A stretch of 64,000 nucleotides of DNA, taken from NCBI GenBank assembly GCA_905331295.1, contig CAJNYD010000011.1, forward strand, positions 243,114 to 307,113, read 5' to 3'. The notes beneath the pieces were generated by a model. That model saw nothing but the letters and a program-made list of their open reading frames with translations. It did not search any database and was not told where the DNA came from. Both the position numbers and the translations under genes were made by a program. The stretch comes from Rotaria socialis. Its lineage: Eukaryota. How positions within the stretch are numbered: the stretch's first letter is position 1; each line of letters opens with the position of its first letter. Below are positions 51,443-64,000 of this stretch, piece after piece.

Positions 51443-52435
51443 TCATTTTATGATATATTTTTTAATCAAAGTCTTGATTGCATTTCGAAAAATTCGGCCC
51501 CCACTCCATGCATAAATATAAAATGGCATTCCGTGTGCAACATAAGTCATTAAAAGAAACAAATTAAATACAAAGTTTTCAATTGCTGTCGTCAATGGTG
51601 TTTGCTTTTCAGCTGATGTTAAAGTTAAATATAATTTTCCAGCAGCTTGAGGTAGCGTTAATATACACATGAGAATAATTTGTATGAAAAGCATGAAGAA
51701 CAGTCGATAATCTAATTTTTTCTGTCTATCTTGCCTTGAACGTCTTACAGTCGATGAATTTCCCGTGCCCCGCTTTCCAGTAATACTTGCCACATGAATA
51801 CGATTTTTAACTTTACGAATATTACGTATTGTCATTAAACCAAATATTAACATGATGATCATAGGAAACAATATTGTCAGACATGCATAACTTAAATCAT
51901 TTATAAAACGGCAAGCCAACGTTTTGCCATAACATGCTAGTGGAGTATTGATTAAATTCGCTTCATAAGAATAAAAGACTGCACAGTAAAGACAAGTCGA
52001 AAGAAAAATAGTCATAATAGTTCCACGATAAGCATTTTTTAATGTGCTCATCTCTCGATAATAAGAATTTCTACATGATAAAAGCCATCTATCCATAGTA
52101 GCTAACATCAGCAGCCATGAAGCAGCATTTCTTGAAAGAAATAAACCAAAAGCACGAAGTTTACATAACCAATCGATTGTATTGGTTAAGTCTAAAGCCC
52201 AACCTGATAGCATACGCGTTGTCAAACCAGATAATATAGCACTAAGATTGGCCATAGATGAAATAAGAAAAAATAATGAACATGGATTGGTTCGAAGTTG
52301 TCGTTGTGATAAAATAATTATATTGAGAATGTTTCCGATTGTTCCAAAAAGAAAAATGACTATTGAAAAATACCGATTGATATTAGCTGAAATATTATTC
52401 CATGAAGCAATAGCGCTTGTGTCCGTTGAAGGCAT
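51443..52435 (-). CDS. Rhodopsin-like (class A) 7TM GPCR (intronless)
   Basis: 330 aa with seven hydrophobic segments; GNILN in TM1, WLCKLR, DRW motif, PFYIY in TM7. Confidence 0.92.
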   Translation of the reverse strand: MPSTDTSAIASWNNISANINRYFSIVIFLFGTIGNILNIIILSQRQLRTNPCSLFFLISSMANLSAILSGLTTRMLSGWALDLTNTIDWLCKLRAFGLFLSRNAASWLLMLATMDRWLLSCRNSYYREMSTLKNAYRGTIMTIFLSTCLYCAVFYSYEANLINTPLACYGKTLACRFINDLSYACLTILFPMIIMLIFGLMTIRNIRKVKNRIHVASITGKRGTGNSSTVRRSRQDRQKKLDYRLFFMLFIQIILMCILTLPQAAGKLYLTLTSAEKQTPLTTAIENFVFNLFLLMTYVAHGMPFYIYAWSGGRIFRNAIKTLIKKYIIK

Positions 52436-54884
52436 TTGGCAAGAAAATGGCTATATGAAATTATACTTATATTTCAAGAACTGATCTGAAAATGACGTAG
52501 AATCAAGATCGGAAAGGGATTGACATTCACATTACCTATTCAGTGAGAAAAGATTATTTCTCAGCAAATGATAATCCGTGTTTCAACCATATTTTACATG
52601 CCGTAGGGGCTAAAGTTCGCTTGTTAAGGGCAAATGAGTATCCTGTTTTACAATCATCACAAACTTTTTAAATTCTGTGAATTATTGTTTTATAAAATTA
52701 TACGTTAGACATAAAATTCATATCTATCATTTTAAGTTTCCTGTTATCTACGCATACAGAATGTTCATATTGTTTTTTTTTAAATAGACTTACAGTTAAT
52801 TTTCCCTTTGGGAAATAAAATCGATGTAGTTTTTCTATTTTCTTACCGTGCAGAAAAAGACTTCTGATCTAAGTGTGTACCACAAAAATCGACCTATGTG
52901 GCAAAACTCTTATCTTAGTGACATTTTTTTTCTAGTCTACTAGACAATACGATTCTTGATATCACGGATGAAATTCGTTATCATGAAATAGCAACGGATT
53001 ATGCTTAATGATATCTATGACAGAGTATCTTCTTGTTGATATGTAAATGAGAGACAATGTTTTCACTAAACTTGTAATTATAAAATTGAGACAATGATTA
53101 TTAATAACAAACGAAAATGAACCCTTTCATGATGAGAATAGTAAGATTCTAAACACAGAAAAACTATTACTATGCGACTTCACGCAGACAAAATCGTGGC
53201 TATCTATGATCGATAAACACATGTTACTTGAAGGATACTGAAGTGTGAGGACATCTGTGAATATTTTCAATCATAATCGAATTGTAATACGTAGATATTT
53301 TCTCTTGGTTTTCGAGCCTTTTTGAATCTAGGCGACATAAAATAAACAATAGAACTTTATTACTTTGTTTTCATAAGTTAATAATTAACACAACAAAAAT
53401 TCCACATAAAATTTGCAAATTCATTACAAATTTCTAATGAAACATTTGAAATTACACTTCTATTTCTTCTATTTCGTTCAAAATTATATGTCATAGGAGA
53501 AAGATTCATCGTTACTGATTACAACTAGTGCTATGTATCACTTCAAACTTCACGAAAAGTATAATCTATAAAACGTTGAACTAATACATACCGGCACTGA
53601 CTAGAAAATTCACGTATGGCAATTTTCAGCATACCTTTCAAGTACTTTAATACATAGATCAAAAAGTTTCCACCAGTTTAAGAGAGCTTTCGCTAAAACA
53701 GATGAACGCCCTGTACTATTTTCATCTATCTGTTGCAAAAATCTCTTAGACATCAAATCCAATATTAGATAGCTTCTGATTTAAACGATTACAAAGAACT
53801 AATTAGAATAGTCAGGCTTGTATTTCAAAACAGCTACTTATCTATGGGATTCTTCCTCCAATGTCGTTTATTTTTATCGAATCAAGCGAACAACATATTA
53901 TCGTGACATAAAAGAAAAGTACAAATTATTCTTTTCAAAATTTTACGCAAACAAAATATTCTTTGGTTATCAACTCATTTTTTATCTAAGCAAACAAGAA
54001 AACGTAAAAAGAGTTCTTTCTTCGCATTTACTTAAACGAAATAATAGGAATACTTTTCACATCAAGCATAGATATCGTGACGCCCGATTTGAATTGCAAT
54101 TATTTCCCCACAAATATCGTTTTAAGTAATTACTATTACTCATATTAATCTAGTTAAATAAAATAAAAAAAACGACTGGATATTTATGTTTGATTCAACT
54201 ATGTGAATCGAAATTATTCAGTACTTTGTTCTGACAAAAAAAAGCATATTCAATCAGATACGTTTATTGTTGCCTTACAACTTGAAAAGCTGTACGCTAA
54301 GTAAAGTAGTAATGATGGAAGCTAACATCTAATTGTACCGCTATCTTTTTTCTAACCGAATATTCCGTTTTAACGCCAGGATGTATGTTGTTCGAAAAAA
54401 GTAAAAGTTATTTCAAACTAGTTGAAATCTATTTTCTTTGTCGCGTCATCACTGTCTCATTATAAAAGCATTCATTCTATGATAATCTGTGTCACTTCAC
54501 ATATTATTCTTGATATAATAATCCAATTTATTTAGTGTCAGAAACTCTCCTAGCGATTTTTCGAATTCGAAATTGCTTTCATGTGAGTGACTGAATGAAA
54601 TTCTGAAGATGTTGATAAGACTTTGATCTATATTTCTGTTCTTATCATCAATGATGTGTAAAATAGCAAAAACAGCATGTGTTTATTACTACTACGAGTG
54701 GTGAAAGACACTACAAGCAGCTTCTCTACATTTGATATTGATTAAGTATGATGTGCGATGCTCACTATTACCTTCGAGCAACGTTTTCGTGACGTCTTTT
54801 ATATAAAATGTGATTCAGTTAATGAACAAAGAAGCTTTTAATTTTCGAAAATTTATTTAAATGAATTGACAGAATCACTATGTC

Positions 54885-55376
54885 TTAATAATATGCCTCG
54901 TTCTCAGTTCTCACAATGTAATTCCTAAATGTAGCCATTAATTTGAAAAATGATCCTAGAGAAGCGACGTCATTATAAGTGCTAAACATTTTGTAGAGAC
55001 GGTCAGGTGATTGTTGATAGATTCGATAAAGTTCAAGTAGACCTTTACCATCGATACCCTTCAGGATAGGTAGTAGACTTGTCAAATCACTATCGATGAA
55101 AAATTGCACGACGTGTTCTTCTTTCCAATCATGAATTCGAACGATTTGACGATAGGTTTTTCTTGATGATCCAACACTGCTTGTAGCCACAAGTGCTCGC
55201 TGGTTTTCGGTCTTACGACTTTCTGAGGCTACACCTAGATTTATTTACGCTTCATATTCGACGAACGGTATGAGACAATAACAAGTCTTACCTTGATAAG
55301 TTCGTTCGACTACTAATCTAGGTAAAACCGTTTGAGCGGCATATTGTTCCGTTCCATAAGCATATTCATCGTACAT
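54885..55376 (-). CDS. Small protein with a C-terminal SAM-like domain (2 exons)
   Basis: Exon 1 MYDEYAYG...ERTYQ (55376-55292), gtaag donor; exon 2 in frame containing IHDWKEEHVVQFF...LKGIDGKGLLEL. Confidence 0.62.
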
Positions 55377-56668
55377 CCTGTGGTCAACTATGAATATTAT
55401 GATGGCAATGTAGCAAACGTCTGTGTTTGTTCTTCAAATCTTAAACGTGAGAATGAAATATATGTGACAAACTTCATCGTAAGGATAAAAACTATCAAAA
55501 CAAATCTATTTTGTTTTTTGAAAACTCCATGAAATCTACGAAGACAAACAGTTATAAAACAAATTTATACAAAATGACCGTAAACATATTCTAGCCGCAT
55601 GATGTATATGCCGAGAGTCATCTAAAGCAGACGCATTCGTATTTTGAAAAACAGCTAATGACAATAACTATCAAGCCTAGGTGTATAAATATTTGTATGT
55701 AAAAGACAGATAAGAAACACTCATAACAATGCATGTGAGCAACAACCAGATACGCACAGCAGTACGCACTATGACGTTGAAAATCGAAGATTACGTTTAG
55801 ATTTCAATTTTAAGAATAGTTCACAAGATTAAAAAATGTTAAACAATTGAATTGAGAACAATATTGAACCAAAGGTATAGAAATAATTTACGTTTTGAAA
55901 AATTCTCTCAATCGAATCTACTCGGATATGATTCAATCCACGAGAGATATGCTGTTTTGTTGTATTTTTCGACCAGGGATTCTTTATGGGAATTATCGAA
56001 ATTGTGCATTCAGAGACTTTGTTTATATACAAATTACCTTTCATGATATGGGCCAAGATATCTGCGAAGTTATTGACATAAAACTATAAGTTCACTTTCT
56101 ATACGATAGCAGAGTTCGTTAAAGTGTTACCAAAATGTATTCAAAAAATTAAAAATAATTTACATAAACCTTCAACTATTTTTGTCGAATAAAAATTCAT
56201 GGTATGTATAATCAGTGAAAATCAGCCACTAATAATCATGTTGTAAATGATCTTGTTAAGCTTCAGATCTGACATTAAAACGCAAAACTGCTAAAATGAA
56301 AATATAAAAAATTCTCAATCTTCCGCATTAACAAAACATTAAAAAGTAACTCGTTGAATAACACTTTCCTATGTTCTGATTCACGTGACAAGCTGATAAC
56401 AAAGTATTTTTCGTGAATTCTCTGAATTCATTCTATTCATTAGTACCATACCCAATGTTATTATTGATGCTCATATCACTATTATGTAAAACAAAACGAA
56501 TTCCATGATTTTCTGAGATTCTATTTATAGGTTTTACTAAAATAATGATTGTTAACTATTTCCGTGCACAATAAATGCGCTCTACAATTCATTTATATAA
56601 ATATCATCTAATTTTGCTTAGTTTAATATTTTAATTTAAATAAAAAGAAGTACTATGAAAAAATAGCT

Positions 56669-57965
56669 ATGAATAATAATACAAATAATAATTTATTAAT
56701 TGCCAATCAATGGCAATTAGAACGCAAATTAGGTTCGGGTTCATTTGGTGATGTTTATCGTGCATTAAATATTCAAACAGGAGAACATGTAGCTATTAAA
56801 CTCGAAGCCAATAATACTTATTCGCTACAATTAGCTTTTGAGGCAAAATTATATAAATTAATGAAAGGTATACAAGGCATTCCGAAACTATTTTGGTAAG
56901 TTGATACGAATCGGAATCAAAAATCAAAAATCGGATATTCGAATAGGTTCGGTGAAGAAGGTGATTATAAATGTTTAGTTATTGAACTTTTGGGACCATC
57001 GTTAGAAGATCTTTTTCATTTATGTAAACGAGAATTTTCGTTGAAAACTATTTTGATGTTAGCCGATCAAATGATATCACGCGTAGAATGTTTACACCGA
57101 AAATTTTATCTTCATCGAGAGTAAGTGAACAACGAATAGATGTTTATGTTGGATTTTATTTTAGTATCAAGCCAGATAATTTTCTTATCGGCATCGGAAA
57201 AGATTCGGCACAGGTTAGTGTAAACTATCATGGAAGTGATCATATGAATTCTCCTGTGAAGAAGAATTACCGTTCAAAAAATATCTCTAACCGATTTATT
57301 TTAGATATTTCTTATCGATTTTGGTCTAGCAAAAAAGTTTTTTGATCATCGTCTAAATAAGCATATTTCATATAAAGAAGGCAAAAGTCTAACAGGTACA
57401 CCTCGATATGCATCTGTATGTTTTTTTTCCACGAGATTTTATTACAATTGATATTTTCTGTTCTGTCTTTGTCCTAAGATATCAACACATCTTGGCATTG
57501 AACAATCACGTCGTGATGATATGGAAGCACTTGCTCATGTTCTTATTTATTTCAGTCGGTTTGTCGTTTTTCAGTGTTTCCTTTTCTTTTTAACCTATTT
57601 GCTATATCGATCTTATTAGAGGTACTCTTCCATGGCAAGGCATAAGCGCATTGAACAAAAAGCACAAATATGAAAAAATTTGCGAATTAAAAATGTCTAT
57701 TTCAATAACGAATCTTTGTGCTGGATTTTCACCTGAATTTGCAATGTATTTAAATTATTGCCGTAGATTGCAATACGCCGATGAACCTGATTACTTTTAT
57801 ATACGTCAAATATTTCGTAATTTGTCTTACCGTCTTAATTATCAATATGATTCTATGTTTGATTGGGTTTTGCTAAAAAATCGAGTATCATCACATTTTT
57901 TCAATCAAAATCAAGAGCCAATAGAAAACAATAGACCGTCTAGTAATAGTAATAAACTTCTTTGA
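56669..57965 (+). CDS. Casein kinase 1 family Ser/Thr kinase (multi-exon)
   Basis: [36 protein letters not shown] across an intron, [28 protein letters not shown]. Confidence 0.93.
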
Positions 57966-60900
57966 ATATTATATGTCAATATAAGATTAAATGGATGTCA
58001 AATTAAGTTTGATTTCCGCACTGAATCTGAATCTCATTTAAATATTGATAAGATTCGATGATTCCTTGGGTCATCAATTTTGTGAATTCTATTTTTATTT
58101 TAAATAAAAATCTAGTAAATCCTATTAAACAACTCAGTAGAAATATACAATGAATAGGTATGATAGGCGGTCGGAATTGTATAGTGCTCTTCTATTTAAT
58201 CAAAACAAGATTATTAGAAAACAATTGGTGTTAAAATCATCGAGTATTTTCATAGTCAATGAAAAAAAAAGCAGACAGAAGATCTTTCATCTCTAAGTCT
58301 TAAGAAATCGAAAAAGAACTCTAGCTGATGGGAATCGATTTTGCGTACTTCAAAGTTTGTCATTCTAATTCATTAACTTAGTTAAAACATTACGAGTCGC
58401 ATAATGTTCTTGTAAATAATACATAAAATATTATTAATTTTTCGACAAAACATTGATTCGTCGGATGATGTTATTGATTTGACATAGTCACCAGATGATT
58501 AATAAAAACAAGCTATGCTTTTTTATATTTATTGTGAAACGTTATGTCTTACAACAGTAAATAATCGACGACTTATTGCACCCAAGCCATATTGAATATC
58601 GTGTCAGCCAAAAAAGAATGGAAGTTTCTATTCAAATTGTAACGATAAATAAAACGAGTTCTTTTCCCTTCGATAGTTAACTAGCAGTGAAGAGCAATGC
58701 GATAGCATCTGTATTTTAAAGATCTCGCTACAATGCAATTTAGCAACAGACATTGTGTCAATGCCAAATTTTAGCAATAAATAAAATTCTACTGATAAAC
58801 TGATCTTTTTGTTAAATTATTCTATATGAAAAAGGAATAGTCATTGTTACCAGCCACTATAATTATATATTCGTTGTCCTGTGTTTCGTTCTGAATCATA
58901 AATGATTTTCATTCTTTTCTCGGTTTTTACACAATGCATATTCTGTAAAAATGAGCTATTAAAGTCAAAATATTAAATAAATTTAACTATGAACAAGAAA
59001 ATGACTATCATTCGATGAATTGATGACAAATCCGTAACAACATTCACGAAGAAAAGAAAGTACCTTCATGCGTGATCGCTCTGCTTCAATGCACATGTAT
59101 CTTTCTTTCGTTACTTTTTTTCAACAGTCGATCCAGCGGTCGCACATCGGAGAATGTAAAAATTAAACAAGTCAAAACACAATACATTTCATATTCGTTT
59201 ATTAACATCTATTGTTATTTCCTATTTTGTGATTAACAATTCTCTGAGTGGTTTCCTTGTTAAATAACTACTGGCAACGAACCATTCGAACTATTCTTCA
59301 TCTCTATTAACAACCAATTCACAATAAAGATACTTTTGTTTTCGTACACCAATCAGTGCCAGAAGCGTCTGGATTAGGTGCAAATACACGAGATGAAAAA
59401 GTGATGACAAAGTTTTTAGGTAAATATTATTGCTTGATTTCCAAAAAAATGTTAACAAAACATTTTCTCTTCAGATGAATAATGAGTTTGTGTCGATTAC
59501 TCAACAAATCAGTACGTTCAAATGAGGTCCATAAAATATTCTAGTTGGTTTGCGTCGCAAATTTCTGCATTTGATTCTCACACGTGTCCAGCGACATGCA
59601 TCAGGTGAAATTTCGTCACGTAATTATACGTGCTTTTTAACATAACGAGAAAGACAATAATTGAAATTCACTTGTAATCATTGACTATCAATATTAGAGA
59701 TTACTGCTGTTGTTTGATATAATATGATCGTTTGTTAATCAAATCTAATAGTCAGATGAGAAGCTATGCAAACGAAATTAAAGAGATTTATGCTTTTGTT
59801 GAGGATTTGAACTACTTGTATTCTCAGAAAATATAATTTCATCCTGCTAAACGTTTTTTTATTACTCTAATGGCATTCTCATTCAAAAAAAAAAACATCT
59901 TTTAGTACAATCCCTGTAGGATTAAACTTTGAAGTAGGGGAAAATTGGTTACCTTAAGTTGTCTATCATGATTTTAGTGAGCGCGGGTACACACTTGTAC
60001 TCGACCTATTATAGCGTTTGTTTTAGAACAGAGCGTCATAAATGATTTCATCAGTCTAAATGAACGGTTTAAGATCAAATCGATCAGTATGGTTTACTAT
60101 TCAAACAGACAGATGTATCAAAATTTGTATAATTCATTCAAAATATTCATGTATCAAATGGTATTTTAACAGTAATGACTTTTATTTCTAATCAACTGCT
60201 TATATTTACATTCTCTTCTAAATATTAAACAAAAAGGTTGTCTTGGAACAAAATTTTAATTCTTCTGAACTTCAAAATTTACCATTATGTTGGAGAGAAC
60301 AATGCCTGAAGTAGATGCATTCCTATCTCAAAACATCACGGGTAAGTCCATTATTAAATCGAACAAGTATCTCCGGTTCAATTTTCCGAAAAGGAAATTA
60401 TTGTTGTACTACTGATTATTATCCTTGCGAAACTATCTTGTTAATAATATGTTATATTTACAGTTCAGTTTCATTGACATCGAGACAAATCTAATCTACT
60501 TTTTTTTTTATAGCACTTTCATAGTTTATCAATATCGTGTTTATATTGCACAATGTTTATCCTGAAAATACATTAATCATTTATTTTTTGTTTTCTATTT
60601 GATTTTGATTTAAAAGTATTAAATGAAAATATCATAAAAATTGCATTTAAGAGTTTCTTTAGAATTTACTTCTGTTATCAAAAAGAGCAAAAACATTTTA
60701 ATTTGCATTTGATTCTTTTTCTTCTGTTAAGAAACCGCCTTTTTGTATTGAACTTTGAAAAGATACAATACTTTGGAATGTTTTATGGAATCATCTTCGT
60801 GTACTCGATTTACTATATTCAAACCACTGAACCACCAGCGTGTGTATGGACAAATTACACAAGACACATAATAATGTATCCTATTCTTTATATCATTATT

Positions 60901-61199
60901 AAGTAGTGTGCAGTCCTTTCGTTGTTTGCAGTAATTTTTAAATCACCGCAGCCACGCTTAAAAATGTTGAGTCAGCTCGTACGTATTCCATCATTTTTCT
61001 TTACTGATTAAAATTATTCATGCTATTTAAATAATATTCTTTTACTAGTGCAATTAAAAGACAATCAACTATATTTTTGTTTTGGAACGTCCGTTTCGTC
61101 GATTAAAGAGATCTTAAAGCTCAGTTTTTTCAAGAGTCGTACCAATCGGCAATGAATCAACAGTTTAAGGTTTAAGCGCAGAATTCTTTGTGCTAGGTT

Positions 61200-61224
61200 T
61201 AAATAAATAAATAAATAAATAAAT
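61200..61224. repeat. (TAAA)n microsatellite
   Basis: About six tandem taaa units. Confidence 0.8.
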
Positions 61225-62120
61225 ATGCGGATTTAATTAATACAATGAAAAAGTGTCTAATGCACGCCATATGATGTCAGCGAAATCCTCAAGACTTGAT
61301 TTTCTTTTAGGCAAGATGTGGTAGGATTCATGCAAAAAATAACTTATTTCATCGATCGATGAAAGTTCACTCTATTCAAATTATTTCTGGAAGACAGATT
61401 ATTGTGGTATAAGATACGAAAGAAAAATTTTGAGAAAAAGATTCTTTGCTTACTTCACGGTCGTTTCCACTTTTATCTTCTCTAAGATAATACCTAATTA
61501 CTAGCCATTAATTGATAATTATCTACTACATATCGAATAGTATAAAAAAATCGGAAGACAGATCAAAATAAACATAATCATCAATGAGAATATAGCTAAA
61601 ACGAATACGTTGAATTGCAGAGCAAAACTACGCTCTTTCGGTTCTCTTGCTAGCAGATTAATTGTATTTTTAATTATGAACAGGCGATTTCCTACTAAAA
61701 AACAAACAATAATATCAATATCTCAGACTTGATCGATTGCTTCTTATTTTTTTTTTCAAATATATATTTCTATGACCCAAGAAATCTTCGCATGAATAAA
61801 ATCATATTTTCTTCTTTTAAACATGATGCCGAGTGGTAACGAATTTTTGATAGATTGAATCAGGTAATTTCGGACTTGACATATTTTTTCAGTCGATAAA
61901 GAAAAACTCAAAATAACTTATTCTAGATCACATTGCATATCCATTCAGTTGAAACGAGAACTTTTATCGAAATCCTAAGTGGTTTAATAATCTTACATGA
62001 AGAATATATTTATTCTTCTATTGAAATAGATAATCATATATAATTAAATATTTTCAATAAACACTTGTTTTTCTCTCAGTAAAAGCAAAAAATCAGATAA
62101 CAGGAAAACAAAAACAAAAA

Positions 62121-64000
62121 TTACACAAATGAGTCGGAATTATCAACTGAATCCAATTTTTCATCAACGTCTATCGCTGTATTATTATCGAGCACTGCAG
62201 TTGCTAAAACTGCAGGTGATGAAAGACGTCGTTCACGTCGACGATGAATTCCAACACACGATTTTGTTGAGGATAATTTTATTGTATAAATCGATGCCGC
62301 CAAATTAGGTGTTATGGCAGTTAATGATTCAGTCGAATGAGAATTATTATTATTTTTATTTAAATGTGATTGATGAAGATATTGATATTGCGAAACATTA
62401 CCATAATAATAATCATATGGAGAATCGTAATAAGGCTTAAATGAGAAAAATACAGTTACAAAGTCAATTTTCAATTCTTTCGAAATAAAAAAAAAAGTCA
62501 TATTTACCATCATAGACGCTTCAGATTTATTGGGTTTATCTAAAGAGAAAAAGAAAAATCAAAAGATTAATAGAATATTAATGAATAATTAAGTAATTAT
62601 TAACTCATGCATATTCATGCGCTATAAATATATTTATTCCCATAGTTAGTCTACCTTTCGAGCGTGCTACTCCTTCACCATCACCACCTTTATTATAATG
62701 ACGATAAGATATAGCCGAGTCAGTTACTGATTTTATTGGCTTTGTACTTGTCGGTATTGGTGGTGCTTTGGTGTTAGCTGCTGGTTTTGCTGTTAGACCA
62801 GTCGACATTAACATCATTTGATTAGCTATCGAACGTTGACTATTATTATTATTATTACTATTAGTAGTATTTGCTTTTGGTCGATGTTTTTTAACATCAC
62901 TATTAGAACGTTTAGTTGTCGTTCCGGATGTAGCAGCAGTGGCACTATTGGGTGATGCTTTTATTTTATTACCTTTATTTGCTGAAGATGCTCTACTGTT
63001 GACACGAGATTGAGTAGTAGTAGTAGCATTATTATTAGGACGAGTTTTTTTCGATGGCGAATGTTTTTTTGGCGATGCAAGAACTTTTGAATTTGTTGGA
63101 ATTGGAGGCAAATTGTTAACTGGTACTGGCGAATTGGGTTGGACAATAGATTGTTGTGACGCTAACAAAAACAAGTCATACATTTTTTTCTATTCAATAG
63201 AAACAAGTTAATTTCTTTCATGGTGTAAAGGAATCTATATGAAGTCGCTTTATTTTAATCGCAATTTTTGCGAAGAATTTCAATTCAAATGCAAGATGCT
63301 TATTTTTTGTTCTGGGCTAAATCTGTGCGATCTATTATTTTAAATATAGAACAACAACAAAAAATTATGCATTTTGAACAAGAAATTTTCCTCAGTTCCT
63401 TTTTTCTTGAAAATCCTCTTGGAAATTTGAATGAATTCATCTAGTAGATATGACCAATACTTTAATCGTACGGATAATGTCTCCTCTCTGTAGATAAAAT
63501 ATCTTAAATTCTTTCATGGATATTTACTATCATTATCATAATGTTCGAAATCATCTTGCCATTTGACTTTGTTTGTTGTATTCACTGTTGGCGGTCGTTT
63601 TTCTGATGTTTCATTGACTTTTGTATGATGTGATGGACGTTGTACACGAAGTATAACCTAAAAGAATAACATTAATTTAGTATCGTTTCGAGTAGCATCG
63701 TCAACATACCGGATATGGTGATGCATAACTAAGTATCGTTAATGCATCTTCATAAACGATTGATTCAAAACATACGGTTAATGCCATGATACGATCCCCT
63801 TATTGATACAAAAGAATATCATAATGCAAGAATATAAAAATCAAAAACCTGTTTTTAATTGATCCGATGATTTTGGTTTTATTATGCCTTGTGGTGGTGC
63901 TCCTTTATCAATTATTTCTTTAACAAATATACCTGCACGCATATTTCCTGTTATACTAAAATTAAGACCACTGAATGTTGGATCTAATAATGGAATATCA
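62121..64000 (-). CDS. PDZ-domain protein (periaxin/AHNAK-type PDZ) with low-complexity tail; 5' end lies beyond the window
   Basis: Spliced GLNFSITGNMRAGIFVKEII...GDRIMALTVCFESIVYEDALTILSYASPYPVILRVQR; downstream Ser/Thr/Asn/Lys-rich exons ending DNSDSFV*. Confidence 0.75.

Noticed and set aside
1..64000. Prokaryotic operons, CRISPR arrays, rRNA/tRNA genes, intact transposase or reverse transcriptase
   Set aside because: None recognised; genes carry spliceosomal introns, so foreign-looking genes are integrated rather than contamination

Overview
AT-rich eukaryotic (animal) genomic DNA with compact genes and mostly ~45-125 nt spliceosomal introns. Most ORF-track entries are exon fragments or noise. 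Gene style suggests a bdelloid rotifer (inference from intronless DRW-type GPCRs, an ART-domain fusion, several foreign-looking genes and many MITEs). Manually spliced genes: a PLAC8 Cys-rich protein, a stand-alone bacterial-like GNAT, a tandem YihD/DUF1040-like phage-style protein, lysosomal alpha-mannosidase (GH38), a decayed signal-peptide+Hog (Hint+SRR) gene, a RING/TRAF-zinc-finger protein, a C-terminally truncated major vault protein, a fatty-acid hydroxylase/sterol desaturase, a Pro/Thr-rich+LRR protein next to an ADP-ribosyltransferase+LRR fusion, an HAE-type histidine phosphatase/phytase, a Cys-rich probably GPI-anchored protein, an ETS factor, a 7TM GPCR, a SAM-like protein, casein kinase 1 and a partial periaxin/AHNAK-type PDZ protein. 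About a dozen non-autonomous TIR elements are present, four with exact 8-bp target-site duplications. The best candidates for new biology are the ART-LRR / LRR-only pair, the cap-less MVP with a hydrophobic tail, the mini-Hog architecture and the duplicated phage-like domain protein. No database searches were run, so family calls rest on motif recognition.
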